A DNA stretch of 64,000 nt, taken from Octopus vulgaris (taxonomy: Eukaryota). Of the stretch, positions 1 through 15,000 are shown one piece after another; position 1 is the stretch's first letter, and the number at the start of each line of letters is the position of its first letter. The notes under the pieces were generated by a model that saw only the letters and a list, made by a program, of their open reading frames with translations, made no database searches and had not been told where the DNA came from. The stretch is taken from contig OX597820.1 in assembly GCA_951406725.2 (NCBI GenBank), positions 8,060,001 to 8,124,000 of the forward strand, written 5' to 3'. The translations under genes and the position numbers were made by a program.

Positions 1-3000
1 GAGGAAGGATGGAAGGAATATTGAACATTCCAGAGGGGGATTTGAAGGTGAGGGAGGAAGGGATGGAAGGAATATTGAACATTCCAGAGAGGGGGATTTG
101 AAGGTGAAGGGAGGAAGGGATGGAAGGAATATTAAACATTCCAGAGAGGGGGATTTGAAGGTGAAGGGAGGAAGGGGATGGAAGGAATATTAAACATTCC
201 AGAGAGGGGGATTTGAAGGTGAAGGGAGGAAGGGATGGAAGGAATATTAAACATTCCAGAGAGGGGGATTTGAAGGTGAAGGGAGGAAGGGATGGAAGGA
301 ATATTGAACATTCCAGAGAGGGGGATTTGAAGGTGAAGGGGAGGAAGGGATGGAAGGAATATTAAACATTCCAGAGAGGGGGATTTGAAGGTGAAGGGGA
401 GGAAGGATGGAAGGAATATTAAACATTCCAGAGAGGGGGATTTGAAGGTGAAGGGGAGGAAGGGATGGAAGGAATATTGAACATTCCAGAGAGGGGGATT
501 TGAAGGTGAAGGGGAGGAAGGGATGGAAGGAATATTGAACATTCCAGAGAGGGGATTTGAAGGTGAAGGGGAGGAAGGGATGGAAGGAATATTAAACATT
601 CCAGAGAGGGGATTTGAAGGTGAAGGGAGGAAGGGATGGAAGGAATATTGAACATTCCAGAGAGGGGGATTTGAAGGTGAAGGGAGGAAGGGATGGAAGG
701 AATATTGAACATTCCAGAGAGGGGGATTTGAAGGTGAAGGGGAGGAAGGGATGGAAGGAATATTAAACATTCCAGAGAGGGGGATTTGAAGGTGAAGGGA
801 GGAAGGGATGGAAGGAATATTGAACATTCCAGAGAGGGGGATTTGAAGGTGAAGGGGAGGAAGGGATGGAAGGAATATTAAACATTCCAGAGAGGGGGAT
901 TTGAAGGTGAAGGGGAGGAAGGGATGGAAGGAATATTGAACATTCCAGAGAGGGGGATTTGAAGGTGAAGGGGAGGAAGGGATGGAAGGAATATTGAACA
1001 TTCCAGAGAGGGGGATTTGAAGGTGAAGGGAGGAAGGGATGGAAGGAATATTGAACATTCCAGAGAGGGGGATTTGAAGGTGAAGGGGAGGAAGGGGATG
1101 GAAGGAATATTAAACATTCCAGAGAGGGGGATTTGAAGGTGAAGGGGAGGAAGGGATGGAAGGAATATTAAACATTCCAGAGAGGGGGATTTGAAGGTGA
1201 AGGGGAGGAAGGGATGGAAGGAATATTAAACATTCCAGAGAGGGGGATTTGAAGGTGAAGGGGAGGAAGGGATGGAAGGAATATTGAACATTCCAGAGAG
1301 GGGGATTTGAAGGTGAAGGGGAGGAAGGGATGGAAGGAATATTAAACATTCCAGAGAGGGGGATTTGAAGGTGAAGGGAGGAAGGGATGGAAGGAATATT
1401 AAACATTCCAGAGAGGGGGATTTGAAGGTGAAGGGGAGGAAGGGATGGAAGGAATATTGAACATTCCAGAGAGGGGGATTTGAAGGTGAAGGGAGGAAGG
1501 GATGGAAGGAATATTGAACATTCCAGAGAGGGGGATTTGAAGGTGAAGGGAGGAAGGGATGGAAGGAATATTGAACATTCCAGAGAGGGGGATTTGAAGG
1601 TGAAGGGGAGGAAGGGGATGGAAGGAATATTAAACATTCCAGAGAGGGGGATTTGAAGGTGAAGGGGAGGAAGGGATGGAAGGAATATTAAACATTCCAG
1701 AGAGGGGGATTTGAAGGTGAAGGGGAGGAAGGGATGGAAGGAATATTAAACATTCCAGAGAGGGGGATTTGAAGGTGAAGGGGAGGAAGGGATGGAAGGA
1801 ATATTGAACATTCCAGAGAGGGGGATTTGAAGGTGAAGGGGAGGAAGGGATGGAAGGAATATTAAACATTCCAGAGGGGGATTTGAAGGTGAAGGGGAGG
1901 AAGGGATGGAAGGAATATTAAACATTCCAGAGAGGGGGATTTGAAGGTGAAGGGGAGGAAGGGATGGAAGGAATATTAAACATTCCAGAGAGGGGGATTT
2001 GAAGGTGAAGGGAGGAAGGGATGGAAGGAATATTGAACATTCCAGAGAGGGGGATTTGAAGGTGAAGGGGAGGAAGGGATGGAAGGAATATTAAACATTC
2101 CAGAGAGGGGGATTTGAAGGTGAAGGGAGGAAGGGATGGAAGGAATATTGAACATTCACAGAGAGGGGATTTGAAGGTGAAGGGGAGGAAGGGATGGAAG
2201 GAATATTAAACATTCCAGAGAGGGGGATTTGAAGGTGAAGGGGAGGAAGGGGAAGAAGGAATATTGAACATTCCAGAGAGGGGGATTTGAAGGTGAAGGG
2301 GAGGAAGGGATGGAAGGAATATTAAACATTCCAGAGAGGGGGATTTGAAGGTGAAGGGGAGGAAGGGATGGAAGGAATATTGAACATTCCAGAGAGGGGG
2401 ATTTGAAGGTGAAGGGGAGGAAGGGATGGAAGGAATATTAAACATTCCAGAGAGGGGGATTTGAAGGTGAAGGGAGGAAGGGATGGAAGGAATATTAAAC
2501 ATTCCAGAGAGGGGGATTTGAAGGTGAAGGGGAGGAAGGGATGGAAGGAATATTAAACATTCCAGAGAGGGGGATTTGAAGGTGAAGGGGAGGAAGGGAT
2601 GGAAGGAATATTAAACATTCCAGAGAGGGGGATTTGAAGGTGAAGGGGAGGAAGGGATGGAAGGAATATTAAACATTCCAGAGAGGGGGATTTGAAGGTG
2701 AAGGGGAGGAAGGGATGGAAGGAATATTGAACATTCCAGAGAGGGGGATTTGAAGGTGAAGAGGAGGAAGGGATGGAAGGAATATTAAACATTCCAGAGA
2801 GGGGGATTTGAAGGTGAAGGAGGAAGGGATGGAAGGAATATTGAACATTCCAGAGAGGGGGATTTGAAGGTGAAGGGGAGGAAGGGATGGAAGGAATATT
2901 AAACATTCCAGAGAGGGGGATTTGAAGGTGAAGGGGAGGAAGGGATGGAAGGAATATTAAACATTCCAGAGAGGGGGATTTGAAGGTGAAGGGGAGGAAG

Positions 3001-6000
3001 GGATGGAAGGAATATTAAACATTCCAGAGAGGGGGATTTGAAGGTGAAGGGGAGGAAGGGATGGAAGGAATATTAAACATTCCAGAGAGGGGGATTTGAA
3101 GGTGAAGGAGAGTCAGAGATGGAAGGAATATTGAACATTCCAGAGAGGGGGATTTGAAGGTGAAGGGGAGGAAGGGGAGGAAGGAATGGAAGGAATATTA
3201 AACATTCCAGAGAGGGGGATTTGAAGGTGAATGGGAGGAAGGAATGGAAGGAATATTACACATTCCAGAGAGGGGGATTTGAAGGTGAAGGGGAGGAAGG
3301 GATGGAAGGAATATTAAACATTCCAGAGAGAGGGATTTGAAGGTGAAGGAGAGGAAGGGTAGGAAGGAATATTGAACATTCCAGAGAGGGGTTTTGAAGG
3401 TGAAGGGGAGGAAGGGATGGAAGGAATATTAAACATTCCAGAGAGGGGGATTTGAAGGTGAAGGGGAGGAAGGGATGGAAGGAATATTGAACATTCCAGA
3501 GAGGGGGATTTGAAGGTGAATGGGAGGAAGGGGAGGAATGAATATTAAACATTCCAGAAAGTGATTTGAAGGTGAAGGGGAGGAAGGGATGGAAGGAATA
3601 TTGAACATTCCAGAGAGGGGGAATTTGAAGGTGAAGGGGAGGGAAGGGAGGGAAGGAATATTAAACATTCCAGAGAGGGGGATTTGAAGGTGAAGGGGAG
3701 GAAGAGATGGAAGAAATATTGAACATTCCAGAGAGGGGGATTTGAAGGTGAAGGGGAGGAAGGGATAGAAGGAATATTGAACATTCTAGAGAGGGGGATT
3801 TGAAGGTGAAGGGGAGGAAGGTATGGAAGGAATATTGAACATTCCAGAGAGGGGGATTTGAAGGTGAAGGGGAGGAAGGGATGGAAGGAATATTGAACAT
3901 TCCAGAGAGGGGGATTTGAAGGTGAAGAGGAGGAAGGGATGGAAGGAATATTGAACATTCCAGAGAGGGGGATTTGAAGGTGAAGGGAGGAAGGGATGGA
4001 AGGAATATTGAACATTCCAGAGGGGGATTTGAGGGAAGAGGAGGAAGGAGAAATTGAACATTCCAGAGAGGGGATTTGAAGGTGAAGAAGAGGAAGGGAT
4101 GGAAGGAATATTACATTCCAGAGAGGGGATTTGAAGGTGAAGGGAGAAGGATGGAAGGAATATTAAACATTCCAGAGGGGGATTTGAAGGTGAAGGGAGG
4201 AAGGGATGGAAGGAATATTAAACATTCCAGAGAGGGGGATTTGAAGGTGAAGGGAGGAAGGGATGGAAGGAATAGTAAACATTCCAGAGAGGGGGATTTG
4301 AAGGTGAAGGGGAGGAAGGAATGGAAGGAATATTAAACATTCCAGAGGGGGATTTGAAGGTGAATGGGAAGAAGGATGGAAGGAATATTGAACATTCCAG
4401 AGAGGGGGATTTGAAGGTGAAGGGGAGGAAGGGATGGAAGGAATATTGAACATTCCAGAGAGGGGGATTTGAAGGTGAAGGGAGGAAGGGATGGAAGGAA
4501 TATTGAACATTCCAGAGAGGGGGATTTGAAGGTGAAGGGGAGGAAGGGATGGAAGGAATATTAAACATTCCAGAGAGGGGGATTTGAGGTGAAGGGGAGG
4601 AAGGGATGGAAGGAATATTAAACATTCCAGAGAGGGGGATTTGAAGGTGAAGGGGAGGAAGGAATGGAAGGAATATTGAACATTCCAGAGAGGGGGATTT
4701 GAAGGTGAAGGGGAGGAAGGGATGGAAGGAATATTGAACATTCCAGAGAGGGGGATTTGAAGGTGAAGGGGAGGAAGGGATGGAAGGAATATTAAACATT
4801 CCAGAGAGGGGGATTTGAAGGTGAAGGGGAGGAAGGGATGGAAGGAATATTAAACATTCCAGAGAGGGGGATTTGAAGGTGAAGGGGAGGAAGGGATGGA
4901 AGGAATATTAAACATTCCAGAGAGGGGGATTTGAAGGTGAAGGGGAGGAAGGGATGGAAGGAATATTAAACATTCCAGAGAGGGGGATTTGAAGGTGAAG
5001 GGGAGGAAGGGATGGAAGGAATATTAAACATTCCAGAGGGGGATTTGAAGGTGAAGGGAGGAAGGGATGGAAGGAATATTAAACATTCCAGAGAGGGGGA
5101 TTTGAAGGTGAAGGGAGGAAGGGATGGAAGGAATATTGAACATTCCAGAGAGGGGATTTGAAGGTGAAGGGGAGGAAGGGATGGAAGGAATATTAAACAT
5201 TCCAGAGAGGGGGATTTGAAGGTGAAGGGGAGGAAGGGATGGAAGGAATATTAAACATTCCAGAGAGGGGGATTTGAAGGTGAAGGGGAGGAAGGGATGG
5301 AAGGAATATTAAACATTCCAGAGAGGGGGATTTGAAGGTGAAGGGGAGGAAGGGATGGAAGGAATATTAAACATTCCAGAGAGGGGGATTTGAAGGTGAA
5401 GGGAGGAAGGGATGGAAGGAATATTAAACATTCCAGAGAGGGGGATTTGAAGGTGAAGGGGAGGAAGGGATGGAAGGAATATTAAACATTCCAGAGAGGG
5501 GGATTTGAAGGTGAAGGGAGGAAGGGATGGAAGGAATATTAAACATTCCAGAGAGGGGGATTTGAAGGTGAAGGGGAGGAAGGGATGGAAGGAATATTAA
5601 ACATTCCAGAGAGGGGGATTTGAAGGTGAAGGGGAGGAAGGGATGGAAGGAATATTGAACATTCCAGAGAGGGGGATTTGAAGGTGAAGGGGAGGAAGGG
5701 ATGGAAGGAATATTAAACATTCCAGAGAGGGGGATTTGAAGGTGAAGGGGAGGAAGGGATGGAAGGAATATTAAACATTCCAGAGAGGGGGATTTGAAGG
5801 TGAAGGGGAGGAAGGGATGGAAGGAATATTAAACATTCCAGAGAGGGGGATTTGAAGGTGAAGGGGAGGAAGGGATGGAAGGAATATTAAACATTCCAGA
5901 GAGGGGGATTTGAAGGTGAAGGGGAGGAAGGGATGGAAGGAATATTAAACATTCCAGAGAGGGGGATTTGAAGGGGAGGAAGGGATGGAAGGAATATTAA

Positions 6001-9000
6001 ACATTCCAGAGAGGGGGATTTGAAGGTGAAGGGGAGGAAGGGATGGAAGGAATATTAAACATTCCAGAGAGGGGGATTTGAAGGTGAAGGGGAGGAAGGG
6101 ATGGAAGGAATATTAAACATTCCAGAGAGGGGGATTTGAAGGGGAAGGGGAGGAAGGGATGGAAGGAATATTAAACATTCCAGAGAGGGGGATTTGAAGG
6201 TGAAGGGGAGGAAGGGATGGAAGGAATATTAAACATTCCAGAGAGGGGGATTTGAAGGTGAAGGGAGGAAGGGATGGAAGGAATATTGAACATTCCAGAG
6301 AGGGGGATTTGAAGGTGAGGGGAGGAAGGGATGGAAGGAATATTAAACATTCCAGAGAGGGGGATTTGAAGGTGAAGGGGAGGAAGGGATGGAAGGAATA
6401 TTGAACATTCCAGAGAGGGGGATTTGAAGGTGAAGGGGAGGAAGGGATGGAAGGAATATTAAACATTCCAGAGAGGGGGATTTGAAGGTGAAGGGAGGAA
6501 GGGATGGAAGGAATATTGAACATTCCAGAGAGGGGGATTTGAAGGTGAAGGGGAGGAAGGGATGGAAGGAATATTAAACATTCCAGAGAGGGGGATTTGA
6601 AGGTGAAGGGGAGGAAGGGATGGAAGGAATATTAAACATTCCAGAGAGGGGGATTTGAAGGTGAAGGGAGGAAGGGATGGAAGGAATATTAAACATTCCA
6701 GAGAGGGGGATTTGAAGGTGAAGGGGAGGAAGGGATGGAAGGAATATTGAACATTCCAGAGAGGGGGATTTGAAGGTGAAGGGGAGGAAGGGATGGAAGG
6801 AATATTAAACATTCCAGAGAGGGGGATTTGAAGGTGAAGGGAGGAAGGGATGGAAGGAATATTAAACATTCCAGAGAGGGGGATTTGAAGGTGAAGGGGA
6901 GGAAGGGATGGAAGGAATATTAAACATTCCAGAGAGGGGGATTTGAAGGTGAAGGGGAGGAAGGGATGGAAGGAATATTAAACATTCCAGAGAGGGGGAT
7001 TTGAAGGTGAAGGGGAGGAAGGGATGGAAGGAATATTGAACATTCCAGAGAGGGGGATTTGAAGGTGAAGGGAGGAAGGGATGGAAGGAATATTAAACAT
7101 TCCAGAGAGGGGGATTTGAAGGTGAAGGGGAGGAAGGGATGGAAGGAATATTAAACATTCCAGAGAGGGGGATTTGAAGGTGAAGGGGAGGAAGGGATGG
7201 AAGGGAACATTCCAGAGAGGGGATTTGAAGGTGAGGAGGAAGAGGATGGAAGGAATATTAAACATTCCAGAGAGGGGGATTTGAAGGTGAAGGGGAGGAA
7301 GGGATGGAAGGAATATTAACATTCAGAGGGATTGAGTGAGGGAGAAGAGAAGGAATATTAACATTCCAGAGAGGGGGATTTGAAGGTGAAGGGAGGAAGG
7401 GATGGAAGGAATATTAAACATTCCAGAGAGGGGGATTTGAAGGTGAAGGGAGGAAGGGATGGAAGGAATATTGAACATTCCAGAGAGGGGGATTTGAAGG
7501 TGAAGGGGAGGAAGGGATGGAAGGAATATTGAACATTCCAGAGAGGGGGATTTGAAGGTGAGGGGAGGAAGGGATGGAAGGAATATTAAACATTCCAGAG
7601 AGGGGGATTTGAAGGTGAAGGGGAGGAAGGGATGGAAGGAATATTGAACATTCCAGAGAGGGGGATTTGAAGGTGAAGGGGAGGAAGGGATGGAAGGAAT
7701 ATTGAACATTCCAGAGAGGGGGATTTGAAGGTGAAGGGAGGAAGGGATGGAAGGAATATTGAACATTCCAGAGAGGGGGATTTGAAGGTGAAGGGGAGGA
7801 AGGGATGGAAGGAATATTAAACATTCCAGAGAGGGGGATTTGAAGGTGAAGGGGAGGAAGGGATGGAAGGAATATTAAACATTCCAGAGAGGGGGATTTG
7901 AAGGTGAAGGGGAGGAAGGGATGGAAGGAATATTAAACATTCCAGAGAGGGGGATTTGAAGGTGAAGGGGAGGAAGGGATGGAAGGAATATTAAACATTC
8001 CAGAGAGGGGGATTTGAAGGTGAAGGGAGGAAGGGATGGAAGGAATATTAAACATTCCAGAGAGGGGGATTTGAAGGTGAAGGGGAGGAAGGGATGGAAG
8101 GAATATTAAACATTCCAGAGAGGGGGATTTGAAGGTGAAGGGGAGGAAGGGATGGAAGGAATATTAAACATTCCAGAGAGGGGGATTTGAAGGTGAAGGG
8201 AGGAAGGGATGGAAGGAATATTAAACATTCCAGAGAGGGGGATTTGAAGGTGAAGGGGAGGAAGGGATGGAAGGAATATTAAACATTCCAGAGAGGGGGA
8301 TTTGAAGGTGAAGGGGAGGAAGGGATGGAAGGAATATTAAACATTCCAGAGGGGGATTTGAAGGTGAAGGGGAGGAAGGGATGGAAGGAATATTTAACAT
8401 TCCAGAGAGGGGGATTTGAAGGTGAAGGGGAGGAAGGGATGGAAGGAATATTAAACATTCCAGAGAGGGGGATTTGAAGGTGAAGGGGAGGAAGGGATGG
8501 AAGGAATATTAAACATTCCAGAGAGGGGGATTTGAAGGTGAAGGGGAGGAAGGGATGGAAGGAATATTAAACATTCCAGAGAGGGGGATTTGAAGGTGAA
8601 GGGGAGGAAGGGATGGAAGGAATATTTAACATTCCAGAGAGGGGGATTTGAAGGTGAAGGGGAGGAAGGGATGGAAGGAATATTGAACATTCCAGAGAGG
8701 GGGATTTGAAGGTGAAGGGAGGAAGGGATGGAAGGAATATTTAACATTCCAGAGAGGGGGATTTGAAGGTGAAGGGGAGGAAGGGATGGAAGGAATATTA
8801 AACATTCCAGAGAGGGGGATTTGAAGGTGAAGGGAGGAAGGGATGGAAGGAATATTAAACATTCCAGAGAGGGGGATTTGAAGGTGAAGGGAGGAAGAAG
8901 GATGGAAGGAATATTAAACATTCCAGAGAGGGGGATTTGAAGGTGAAGGGAGGAAGGGATGGAAGGAATATTAAACATTCCAGAGAGGGGGATTTGAAGG

Positions 9001-12000
9001 TGAAGGGGAGGAAGGGATGGAAGGAATATTAAACATTCCAGAGAGGGGGATTTGAAGGTGAAGGGGAGGAAGGGATGGAAGGAATATTAAACATTCCAGA
9101 GAGGGGGATTTGAAGGTGAAGGGGAGGAAGGGATGGAAGGAATATTAAACATTCCAGAGAGGGGGATTTGAAGGTGAAGGGAGGAAGGGATGGAAGGAAT
9201 ATTGAACATTCCAGAGAGGGGGATTTGAAGGTGAAGGGGAGGAAGGGATGGAAGGAATATTGAACATTCCAGAGAGGGGGATTTGAAGGTGAAGGGGAGG
9301 AAGGGATGGAAGGAATATTGAACATTCCAGAGAGGGGGATTTGAAGGTGAAGGGGAGGAAGGGATGGAAGGAATATTGAACATTCCAGAGAGGGGGATTT
9401 GAAGGTGAAGGGAGGAAGGGATGGAAGGAATATTAAACATTCCAGAGAGGGGGATTTGAAGGTGAAGGGAGGAAGGGATGGAAGGAATATTGAACATTCC
9501 AGAGAGGGGGATTTGAAGGTGAAGGGAGGAAGGGATGGAAGGAATATTAAACATTCCAGAGAGGGGGATTTGAAGGTGAAGGGGAGGAAGGGATGGAAGG
9601 AATATTAAACATTCCAGAGAGGGGGATTTGAAGGTGAAGGGGAGGAAGGGATGGAAGGAATATTGAACATTCCAGAGAGGGGGATTTGAAGGTGAAGGGG
9701 AGGAAGGGATGGAAGGAATATTAAACATTCCAGAGAGGGGGATTTGAAGGTGAAGGGGAGGAAGGGATGGAAGGAATATTAAACATTCCAGAGAGGGGGA
9801 TTTGAAGGTGAAGGGGAGGAAGGGATGGAAGGAATATTAAACATTCCAGAGAGGGGGATTTGAAGGTGAAGGGGAGGAAGGGATGGAAGGAATATTAAAC
9901 ATTCCAGAGAGGGGGATTTGAAGGTGAAGGGAGGAAGGGATGGAAGGAATATTAAACATTCCAGAGAGGGGGATTTGAAGGTGAAGGGGAGGAAGGGATG
10001 GAAGGAATATTAAACATTCCAGAGAGGGGGATTTGAAGGTGAAGGGAGGAAGGGATGGAAGGAATATTGAACATTCCAGAGAGGGGGATTTGAAGGTGAA
10101 GGGAGGAAGGGATGGAAGGAATATTGAACATTCCAGAGAGGGGGATTTGAAGGTGAAGGGGAGGAAGGGATGGAAGGAATATTAAACATTCCAGAGAGGG
10201 GGATTTGAAGGTGAAGGGGAGGAAGGGATGGAAGGAATATTAAACATTCCAGAGAGGGGGATTTGAAGGTGAAGGGAGGAAGGGATGGAAGGAATATTAA
10301 ACATTCCAGAGAGGGGGATTTGAAGGTGAAGGGGAGGAAGGGATGGAAGGAATATTAAACATTCCAGAGAGGGGGATTTGAAGGTGAAGGGAGGAAGGGA
10401 TGGAAGGAATATTAAACATTCCAGAGAGGGGGATTTGAAGGTGAAGGGAGGAAGGGATGGAAGGAATATTAAACATTCCAGAGAGGGGGATTTGAAGGTG
10501 AAGGGGAGGAAGGGATGGAAGGAATATTAAACATTCCAGAGAGGGGGATTTGAAGGTGAAGGGGAGGAAGGGATGGAAGGAATATTAAACATTCCAGAGA
10601 GGGGGATTTGAAGGTGAAGGGAGGAAGGGATGGAAGGAATATTAAACATTCCAGAGAGGGGGATTTGAAGGTGAAGGGGAGGAAGGGATGGAAGGAATAT
10701 TAAACATTCCAGAGAGGGGGATTTGAAGGTGAAGGGAGGAAGGGATGGAAGGAATATTAAACATTCCAGAGAGGGGGATTTGAAGGTGAAGGGAGGAAGG
10801 GATGGAAGGAATATTAAACATTCCAGAGAGGGGGATTTGAAGGTGAAGGGGAGGAAGGGATGGAAGGAATATTGAACATTCCAGAGAGGGGGATTTGAAG
10901 GTGAAGGGGAGGAAGGGATGGAAGGAATATTAAACATTCCAGAGAGGGGGATTTGAAGGTGAAGGGGAGGAAGGGATGGAAGGAATATTAAACATTCCAG
11001 AGAGGGGGATTTGAAGGTGAAGGGGAGGAAGGGATGGAAGGAATATTAAACATTCCAGAGAGGGGGATTTGAAGGTGAAGGGAGGAAGGGATGGAAGGAA
11101 TATTAAACATTCCAGAGAGGGGGATTTGAAGGTGAAGGGGAGGAAGGGATGGAAGGAATATTAAACATTCCAGAGAGGGGGATTTGAAGGTGAAGGGAGG
11201 AAGGGATGGAAGGAATATTGAACATTCCAGAGAGGGGGATTTGAAGGTGAAGGGGAGGAAGGGATGGAAGGAATATTGAACATTCCAGAGAGGGGGATTT
11301 GAAGGTGAAGGGGAGGAAGGGGAGGAAGGAATGGAAGGAATATTAAACATTCCAGAGAGGGGGATTTGAAGGTGAAGGGGAGGAAGGGATGGAAGGAATA
11401 TTAAACATTCCAGAGAGGGGGATTTGAAGGTGAAGGGGAGGAAGGGATGGAAGGAATATTAAACATTCCAGAGAGGGGGATTTGAAGGTGAAGGGAGGAA
11501 GGGATGGAAGGAATATTAAACATTCCAGAGAGGGGGATTTGAAGGTGAAGGGGAGGAAGGGATGGAAGGAATATTAAACATTCCAGAGAGGGGGATTTGA
11601 AGGTGAAGGGGAGGAAGGGATGGAAGGAATATTGAACATTCCAGAGAGGGGGATTTGAAGGTGAAGGGGAGGAAGGGATGGAAGGAATATTAAACATTCC
11701 AGAGAGGGGGATTTGAAGGTGAAGGGAGGAAGGGATGGAAGGAATATTGAACATTCCAGAGAGGGGGATTTGAAGGTGAAGGGGAGGAAGGGATGGAAGG
11801 AATATTGAACATTCCAGAGAGGGGGATTTGAAGGTGAAGGGGAGGAAGGGATGGAAGGAATATTAAACATTCCAGAGAGGGGGATTTGAAGGTGAAGGGG
11901 AGGAAGGGATGGAAGGAATATTAAACATTCCAGAGAGGGGGATTTGAAGGTGAAGGGGAGGAAGGGATGGAAGGAATATTAAACATTCCAGAGAGGGGGA

Positions 12001-15000
12001 TTTGAAGGTGAAGGGAGGAAGGGATGGAAGGAATATTAAACATTCCAGAGAGGGGGATTTGAAGGTGAAGGGGAGGAAGGGATGGAAGGAATATTAAACA
12101 TTCCAGAGAGGGGGATTTGAAGGTGAAGGGAGGAAGGGATGGAAGGAATATTGAACATTCCAGAGAGGGGGATTTGAAGGTGAAGGGGAGGAAGGGATGG
12201 AAGGAATATTGAACATTCCAGAGAGGGGGATTTGAAGGTGAAGGGGAGGAAGGGATGGAAGGAATATTAAACATTCCAGAGAGGGGGATTTGAAGGTGAA
12301 GGGGAGGAAGGGATGGAAGGAATATTAAACATTCCAGAGAGGGGGATTTGAAGGTGAAGGGGAGGAAGGAGTGGAAGGAATATTGAACATTCCAGAGAGG
12401 GGGATTTGAAGGTGAAGGGGAGGAAGGGATGGAAGGAATATTAAACATTCCAGAGAGGGGGATTTGAAGGTGAAGGGGAGGAAGGGATGGAAGGAATATT
12501 AAACATTCCAGAGGGGGATTTGAAGGTGAAGGGGAGGAAGGGATGGAAGGAATATTAAACATTCCAGAGAGGGGGATTTGAAGGTGAAGGGGAGGAAGGG
12601 ATGGAAGGAATATTGAACATTCCAGAGAGGGGGATTTGAAGGTGAAGGGGAGGAAGGGATGGAAGGAATATTAAACATTCCAGAGAGGGGGATTTGAAGG
12701 TGAAGGGGAGGAAGGGATGGAAGGAATATTAAACATTCCAGAGAGGGGGATTTGAAGGTGAAGGGAGGAAGGGATGGAAGGAATATTAAACATTCCAGAG
12801 AGGGGGATTTGAAGGTGAAGGGAGGAAGGGATGGAAGGAATATTAAACATTCCAGAGAGGGGGATTTGAAGGTGAAGGGAGGAAGGGATGGAAGGAATAT
12901 TAAACATTCCAGAGAGGGGGATTTGAAGGTGAAGGGGAGGAAGGGATGGAAGGAATATTAAACATTCCAGAGAGGGGGATTTGAAGGTGAAGGGGAGGAA
13001 GGGATGGAAGGAATATTGAACATTCCAGAGAGGGGGATTTGAAGGTGAAGGGGAGGAAGGAATGGAAGGAATATTAAACATTCCAGAGGGGGGATTTGAA
13101 GGTGAAGGGGAGGAAGGGATGGAAGGAATATTGAACATTCCAGAGAGGGGGATTTGAAGGTGAAGGGAGGAAGGGATGGAAGGAATATTGAACATTCCAG
13201 AGAGGGGGATTTGAAGGTGAAGGGGAGGAAGGGGATGGAAGGAATATTGAACATTCCAGAGAGGGGGATTTGAAGGTGAAGGGAGGAAGGGATGGAAGGA
13301 ATATTGAACATTCCAGAGAGGGGGATTTGAAGGTGGGGAGGAAGGGATGGAAGGAATATTAAACATTCCAGAGAGGGGGATTTGAAGGTGAAGGGGAGGA
13401 AGGGATGGAAGGAATATTGAACATTCCAGAGAGGGGGATTTGAAGGTGAAGGGGAGGAAGGGATGGAAGGAATATTAAACATTCCAGAGAGGGGGATTTG
13501 AAGGTGAAGGGAGGAAGGGATGGAAGGAATATTAAACATTCCAGAGAGGGGGATTTGAAGGTGAAGGGGAGGAAGGGATGGAAGGAATATTAAACATTCC
13601 AGAGAGGGGGATTTGAAGGTGAAGGGGAGGAAGGGATGGAAGGAATATTAAACATTCCAGAGAGGGGGATTTGAAGGTGAAGGGGAGGAAGGGATGGAAG
13701 GAATATTAAACATTCCAGAGAGGGGGATTTGAAGGTGAAGGGGAGGAAGGGATGGAAGGAATATTAAACATTCCAGAGAGGGGGATTTGAAGGTGAAGGG
13801 GAGGAAGGGATGGAAGGAATATTAAACATTCCAGAGAGGGGGATTTGAAGGTGAAGGGAGGAAGGGATGGAAGGAATATTAAACATTCCAGAGAGGGGGA
13901 TTTGAAGGTGAAGGGAGGAAGGGATGGAAGGAATATTAAACATTCCAGAGAGGGGGATTTGAAGGTGAAGGGGAGGAAGGGATGGAAGGAATATTAAACA
14001 TTCCAGAGAGGGGGATTTGAAGGTGAAGGGAGGAAGGGATGGAAGGAATATTAAACATTCCAGAGAGGGGGATTTGAAGGTGAAGGGGAGGAAGGGATGG
14101 AAGGAATATTAAACATTCCAGAGAGGGGGATTTGAAGGTGAAGGGAGGAAGGGATGGAAGGAATATTAAACATTCCAGAGAGGGGGATTTGAAGGTGAAG
14201 GGAGGAAGGGATGGAAGGAATATTGAACATTCCAGAGAGGGGGATTTGAAGGTGAAGGGAGGAAGGGATGGAAGGAATATTAAACATTCCAGAGAGGGAT
14301 TTGAAGGTGAAGGGGAGGAAGGGATGGAAGGAATATTAAACATTCCAGAGAGGGGGATTTGAAGGTGAAGGGGAGGAAGGGATGGAAGGAATATTAAACA
14401 TTCCAGAGAGGGGGATTTGAAGGTGAAGGGGAGGAAGGGATGGAAGGAATATTAAACATTCCAGAGAGGGGGATTTGAAGGTGAAGGGAGGAAGGGATGG
14501 AAGGAATATTAAACATTCCAGAGAGGGGGATTTGAAGGTGAAGGGAGGAAGGGATGGAAGGAATATTAAACATTCCAGAGAGGGGGATTTGAAGGTGAAG
14601 GGAGGAAGGGATGGAAGGAATATTAAACATTCCAGAGAGGGGGATTTGAAGGTGAAGGGGAGGAAGGGATGGAAGGAATATTAAACATTCCAGAGAGGGG
14701 GATTTGAAGGTGAAGGGGAGGAAGGGATGGAAGGAATATTAAACATTCCAGAGAGGGGGATTTGAAGGTGAAGGGAGGAAGGGATGGAAGGAATATTAAA
14801 CATTCCAGAGAGGGGGATTTGAAGGTGAAGGGGAGGAAGGGATGGAAGGAATATTAAACATTCCAGAGAGGGGGATTTGAAGGTGAAGGGAGGAAGGGAT
14901 GGAAGGAATATTAAACATTCCAGAGAGGGGGATTTGAAGGTGAAGGGGAGGAAGGGATGGAAGGAATATTGAACATTCCAGAGAGGGGGATTTGAAGGTG

